Below are positions 33,897 to 38,014 of a stretch of DNA of 38,014 nt, in pieces. Source of the DNA: a virus (taxonomy: Duplodnaviria > Caudoviricetes); IMG/VR virus record IMGVR_UViG_3300035670_000623, positions 1 to 38,014 of that record; one strand, 5' to 3'. Numbering within the stretch: position 1 is the stretch's first letter; the number at the start of each line of letters is the position of its first letter. The notes beneath the pieces were generated by a model that was not told the origin of the DNA, did no database searches, and saw only the letters and a program-made list of their open reading frames with translations. The position numbers were made by a program, and so were the translations under genes.

Positions 33897-35152
33897 TGAC
33901 CGAAATTGTCATTCCTTACGATCCTAGAGATCAGCAGCTAGAGATACATAATGCGATTGAGCAGCATCGTTTTACTGTGGTGGTTGCCCATCGTCGCATG
34001 GGAAAAACTGTTTCGGCTATCAACCACCTTATCAAGTCCGCTATCGAGTGCGACAAGCCAGACCCACGATTTGCCTACATTGCGCCTACCTACGGACAAG
34101 CCAAAAGGGTAGCGTGGGATTACCTTCAGAAGTACACCAGATCACTAGGAGCTACTTACAATGTCTCTGAGTTACGTGCTGATTTTTATGGGCGTAGGGT
34201 TAGTCTATATGGGTCTGATAATCCTGACAGTCTTAGGGGGCAGTATTTTGATGGCGTGGTTATCGACGAAGTTGGCGATCAGAACCCACGCATTTGGAAC
34301 GAAATCGTCCGACCTGCTCTTGCCGACCGTCTTGGGTGGGCTTGTTTCATTGGCACTCCTAAAGGTAATAACCATTTCGCTGAGTTAGCGGATAGGGCTA
34401 AAACCGAGGAAGGCTGGCGATTCCTAGAGTTCAAGGCTAGTCAGACAGGCGTTTTACCAGACTCAGAGCTAAAGGCTGCCTATCGAGAGATGGGCGAGGA
34501 CAGGTACAACCAAGAGTTCGAGTGTTCCTTTAACGCAGCAGTTGAGGGGTCTTACTATGGCAAAATTATTAACGAGCTTGAAAGGGATAGCCATATTACT
34601 GACTTTCCTCGCGATGATCTGTGCCGTAGCTTTACTGCATGGGATATTGGAATGGGTGACAGTACAGCTATATGGGTTGCTCAACTGGCTGGAAAGGAAA
34701 TTAGATTACTCGATTTCGTCGAAAACCATGGACAGGGATTAGATTGGTACGTCAATTGGCTACGAGAGAACGATTACGAGGGATTTAGCCATATCCTGCC
34801 GCATGACGTACAGGTGAGGGAATTAGGCACAGGCAAGAGCCGTAAGGAAGTCTTAGAGGAGGCAGGGCTATCGATAACGGTTGCGCCTAGACTGCCTGTC
34901 GCTGATGGGATACAAGCTGTAAGGAGATTGCTGCCTCGGTGCTGGTTCCATCCGAGGGTCAAGCAGGGGCTAGATGCGCTAAGGAACTACCGTCGGGAGC
35001 ATGACGAGAAGCGGCAGATATTCTATGAAAAGCCGCTACATGACTGGTCTAGCCATGCGTCTGACGCTTTTAGATACCTTGCAATAGGTCTTGACGAGCG
35101 AGATAGTTCATGGCAGACAACGTTGCCAATTTCTACAAAATGGATTGTATAA
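33896..35152 (+). CDS. terL: Terminase large subunit
   Basis: HRRMGKT Walker A, VIDE Walker B, GTPKG, AWDIG, HASDAFRY. Confidence 0.95.
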   Translation: MTEIVIPYDPRDQQLEIHNAIEQHRFTVVVAHRRMGKTVSAINHLIKSAIECDKPDPRFAYIAPTYGQAKRVAWDYLQKYTRSLGATYNVSELRADFYGRRVSLYGSDNPDSLRGQYFDGVVIDEVGDQNPRIWNEIVRPALADRLGWACFIGTPKGNNHFAELADRAKTEEGWRFLEFKASQTGVLPDSELKAAYREMGEDRYNQEFECSFNAAVEGSYYGKIINELERDSHITDFPRDDLCRSFTAWDIGMGDSTAIWVAQLAGKEIRLLDFVENHGQGLDWYVNWLRENDYEGFSHILPHDVQVRELGTGKSRKEVLEEAGLSITVAPRLPVADGIQAVRRLLPRCWFHPRVKQGLDALRNYRREHDEKRQIFYEKPLHDWSSHASDAFRYLAIGLDERDSSWQTTLPISTKWIV

Positions 35153-35178
35153 TAGGCAAAACTCCGTAAGGATGTGCT

Positions 35179-37287
35179 ATGAAGATGGATTCCGGTCAAA
35201 TCAAGAGTATTATCGAGAATGAAATCGATAATTCCATCGGTTACATTGATACCGAGACTACAGACCAACGGGCTAAAGCCCTAGAGTATTACCTACGTTA
35301 TCCCTATGGTAACGAGGTTGAAGGACGCAGCCAGATCGTCACTGGCGAGGTAGCTGAAGCTATCGATGGTGCGTTACCCCAACTTATCCGAGTCTTTACG
35401 ACTACCGAGGATATTGTCTCTTTTGAGCCACAGACTCCAGAAGATGAAGCGTCTGCTAAACAGGCTACAGACTACTGTAACTGGGTGTTCTACCGGGAAA
35501 ATGACGGTCTAATCCTCCTGCATGACTGGTTCAAAGACGCGCTGATGATGAAGGTCGGTGTAGTCAAGGCGTACTGGGATGCCAAAGAGGATGTCAACAA
35601 GGAATCTTACAAGAACCTGACAGAGGATGAATTAGCCCTACTGCTGTCTGATCCTGCTATTGAGGTGGTCAGCCAGAACGTTGAGTTTATCGATGGTGGC
35701 GTTGATCCGATGGGTATGCCGATCCAGATTCCGCTGTACTCGGTCAAGGTTAAGAAGGTCAAGAAATACGGCTGCGTCAAGATTGAGAACGTACCGCCTG
35801 AAGAATTCCTTATTAGCAAATCGGCAAGAACTATTGAGGATAGCCCGTTTGTGGCTCATCGTCGCTTGATGACTCGTTCAGAGTTGGTAGCGATGGGGTT
35901 CGATAAGGATGTGGTCGAGGGATTGCCTTCTTACGATGATCTCCAGTACACAGTCGAGCGAGTAGCCCGATTCTCTCAGGGTGAGCAGCCGGACGAGAAC
36001 ATCAGCCTTGACCCTACGATGCAGGTCTGTGAGGTCTATGAGTGCTATATCAAAATTGATATAAATGGCGACGGTATCGCAGAGCTACGGAAGATTGTTT
36101 ACGCTGGCAACGAAATCCTAGATGATGAGGAATGTGACCTAGTTCCGTTCCATAGCCTGTGCCCTATCCCTATTCCGCACAAGTTCTTTGGTCAGAGCTT
36201 GGCAGACCGGACGATGGACATCCAGCTAATCAAGTCCACCGTAACCCGTCAAATGCTTGATAACCTGTACCTAACGAACAATGCCCGTCTGGGTGTAGTC
36301 GATGGTCAGGTAAATCTGGATGACGCGCTAAACGCTACTCCGGGCGGGATTATCCGCATGAAGTCTCAGGGTGCGATTATGCCTGTCGAGGTTCCTGCGG
36401 TAACGGCTCAGGCTTTCCCGATGCTTGAGTACATGGATCAGGTTCAGGCTAAACGTACAGGCGTTAGCGACCAGCAACAGGGTCTTGATCCTGACGTACT
36501 GAATAACGTGAGTGCTACGGCTATTGCCGCGATGATGAAGTCGAACTCTGGCAAGCTGGAGTTGATCGCTCGAATCTTTGCTGAGACAGGCGTTAAGTCG
36601 CTGTTTAAGGGCATTTTGCACTTATTGGGCAAGTATCAGGATCAGGCAAAGATTGTCCGTATGCGTGGCAAATTTGTGCAGTTTGACCCTCGTACATGGA
36701 CAAATCAGTATGACGTTGCCATTAACGTCGGCTTGGGTTCAGGAGATCGTGAGCAGAAGCTAGCCATGCTCCAGATGATTCTAGGCAAGCAGGAACAAGC
36801 CCTGACTCAGTTCGGTCCGAGTAATCCATTGGTGTCGGTGGCTCAGTACCGCGATACCTTGGCTAGACTGATTGAATCGGCTGGTTTCAAGGATGCCAAG
36901 GCTTTCATTAACGAGATCAGTCCTGAGCAGAACGCAGCATTGTCGCAGCCACAGGAGCCACAGCCAGATATGCAAGCAGAGGCTACTCGTCTGTTGGCTC
37001 AGGTAGAGCGTGAAAAGACCGAGGCTAAGGCTCAGATTGAGGCTGCAAAGCTACAGCTAGAGAAGCAGTCGATGGAGGCTGAATATACCCGTAAAGGTAT
37101 TGAAATCGCTATGAAAGCCGAGCAAAACGCAGCAGATATGCGGATTCGTGAGGCAGAGCTAGCGGTCAAGCAGTTGCAAGCGATTCTGGCGATGGACTTA
37201 GCTGACGAGGATAGCCGTAACAAACAGGCTGATATTGTCCTGAAGGCGATTAAAGAACTAGGCAACCTAACGTCAAGGCAGATGTAA
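35179..37287 (+). CDS. Portal protein (P22-like)
   Basis: 702 aa after TerL; AKQATDYCN and KVGVVKAYW motifs; C-terminal coiled-coil barrel. Confidence 0.9.
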   Translation: MKMDSGQIKSIIENEIDNSIGYIDTETTDQRAKALEYYLRYPYGNEVEGRSQIVTGEVAEAIDGALPQLIRVFTTTEDIVSFEPQTPEDEASAKQATDYCNWVFYRENDGLILLHDWFKDALMMKVGVVKAYWDAKEDVNKESYKNLTEDELALLLSDPAIEVVSQNVEFIDGGVDPMGMPIQIPLYSVKVKKVKKYGCVKIENVPPEEFLISKSARTIEDSPFVAHRRLMTRSELVAMGFDKDVVEGLPSYDDLQYTVERVARFSQGEQPDENISLDPTMQVCEVYECYIKIDINGDGIAELRKIVYAGNEILDDEECDLVPFHSLCPIPIPHKFFGQSLADRTMDIQLIKSTVTRQMLDNLYLTNNARLGVVDGQVNLDDALNATPGGIIRMKSQGAIMPVEVPAVTAQAFPMLEYMDQVQAKRTGVSDQQQGLDPDVLNNVSATAIAAMMKSNSGKLELIARIFAETGVKSLFKGILHLLGKYQDQAKIVRMRGKFVQFDPRTWTNQYDVAINVGLGSGDREQKLAMLQMILGKQEQALTQFGPSNPLVSVAQYRDTLARLIESAGFKDAKAFINEISPEQNAALSQPQEPQPDMQAEATRLLAQVEREKTEAKAQIEAAKLQLEKQSMEAEYTRKGIEIAMKAEQNAADMRIREAELAVKQLQAILAMDLADEDSRNKQADIVLKAIKELGNLTSRQM

Positions 37288-37640
37288 TGGGATTGCTTGA
37301 CGATCTGATTCAGCAGGGTATAGCGTCTTACGGTGCTAGATTTGCCGAAAAAGCATCTGAGCCGCTATCAATGAAGGGGAAGGGCTATTTTGGTCTATTG
37401 CCAGCGTCAGAGGGAATGAGTACAGAAATATCGGTGACTGATGAGGCAGGTAGAAGTTTCCCGTCATTAGTCCCAACGCTAACGCAAGACGAAGTTAATT
37501 ATTTATTAAAAGGCAATATGCCAACTGATGATATGTACCGTAAGGCTGAGATGTGGGCTAATTCCAGAGAGGCGCAAGGTATGTCTCCGTTTGCTTCACC
37601 AACTGAATTACGGATGCCAGTAGGATTGTTGGGGTACTAA
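37287..37640 (+). CDS. Hypothetical protein with GLL termini
   Basis: TAATG coupling on both sides; KGKGYFGLLP and PSLVPTLT motifs. Confidence 0.7.
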   Translation: MGLLDDLIQQGIASYGARFAEKASEPLSMKGKGYFGLLPASEGMSTEISVTDEAGRSFPSLVPTLTQDEVNYLLKGNMPTDDMYRKAEMWANSREAQGMSPFASPTELRMPVGLLGY

Positions 37641-37870
37641 TGGACAAATCGCAATGGGCTGAGAATCTGCTGAGAGATGAGTACTTTCAGGCAATGATGG
37701 AAGAACTCAGGTCAGTAGAGATTAACAAATTTGCTATGAGTGAGTTTGGTGACGCAGCGGTAAGGGAAAATGCTTACCAGCAACTAAGGTCATTTGAGAA
37801 GATTGAAGCCTACCTTGAGAGCCTATCGGCACAAAGACTGATAGACGAAAAGCGGCTGAAAATTTTATAA
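37640..37870 (+). CDS. Small helical protein between portal and scaffold
   Basis: ORF track; position in the head module. Confidence 0.7.
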   Translation: MDKSQWAENLLRDEYFQAMMEELRSVEINKFAMSEFGDAAVRENAYQQLRSFEKIEAYLESLSAQRLIDEKRLKIL

Positions 37871-37887
37871 CTGAGTCGGGCAGTTCC

Positions 37888-38014
37888 CGATATAATTTAG
37901 GAAACTATATATGAGCGATACTGGAAGTATGACCCCGGAAGGGAATACACAGTTAGACGTTGGTGGTGCAGCTAACGCTATCTTGGGATTGATGGGCAGC
38001 GAGGAAGGCTCCGA
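37888..38014. repeat. 127-bp terminal direct repeat (copy 2)
   Basis: Identical to 1-127. Confidence 0.95.

Noticed and set aside
35123-35153. TTGCCA...TATAAT promoter before the portal gene
   Set aside because: The 19-nt spacer is suboptimal and there is no correctly placed extended -10. Possible but unsupported.
66-37265. Numerous antisense or out-of-frame ORFs in the track (e.g. 1214-1927, 24825-25541, 28330-28839, 29325-29525, 29968-30261)
   Set aside because: They are shadows of well-supported genes on the other strand or frame, with no motifs or RBS.
37876-37896. TCGGG-CAGTT-CCCGA hairpin and TATAAT upstream of the scaffold RBS (possible autoregulatory site)
   Set aside because: A 5-bp stem is too weak to call without comparative data.
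37888-38014. Terminal repeat as a biological direct terminal repeat
   Set aside because: It is exactly 127 bp and cuts into the scaffold gene, matching an assembler k-mer overlap of a circular contig. It says nothing about the real genome ends.

Overview
This window is an apparently complete, circularly permuted dsDNA phage genome of 37,887 bp. Bases 1-127 recur exactly at 37888-38014, which looks like an assembly overlap. The virion genes are podovirus-like and read on +: TerS, TerL, P22-type portal, scaffold, major capsid, adaptor, tail fibres, gp10-like tail hub, ejection proteins, then a holin/SAR-endolysin/Rz-Rz1 lysis cassette. The spanins imply a Gram-negative host. A short leftward operon carries Erf recombinase, SSB, a small HTH and MazG. 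A rightward operon carries a replication initiator, a primase Zn-finger, an SF4 helicase and nucleases. I see no integrase, DNA or RNA polymerase, tRNA or CRISPR array. The most striking non-coding signal is three promoter-proximal structured RNA elements (23344-23450, 27360-27468, 28039-28144) with C4/CI-antisense-like architecture. Each has a 5' hairpin whose 6-nt loop is complementary to a segment inside a downstream terminator-shaped three-way junction, and the loop code differs and co-varies between copies. They sit in front of the replication operon, a ~250-nt ORF-poor structured region, and an apparently invading NUMOD4-HNH endonuclease. Several small ORFs missing from the ORF track were found by hand. 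All family assignments come from motif recognition, not database searches.
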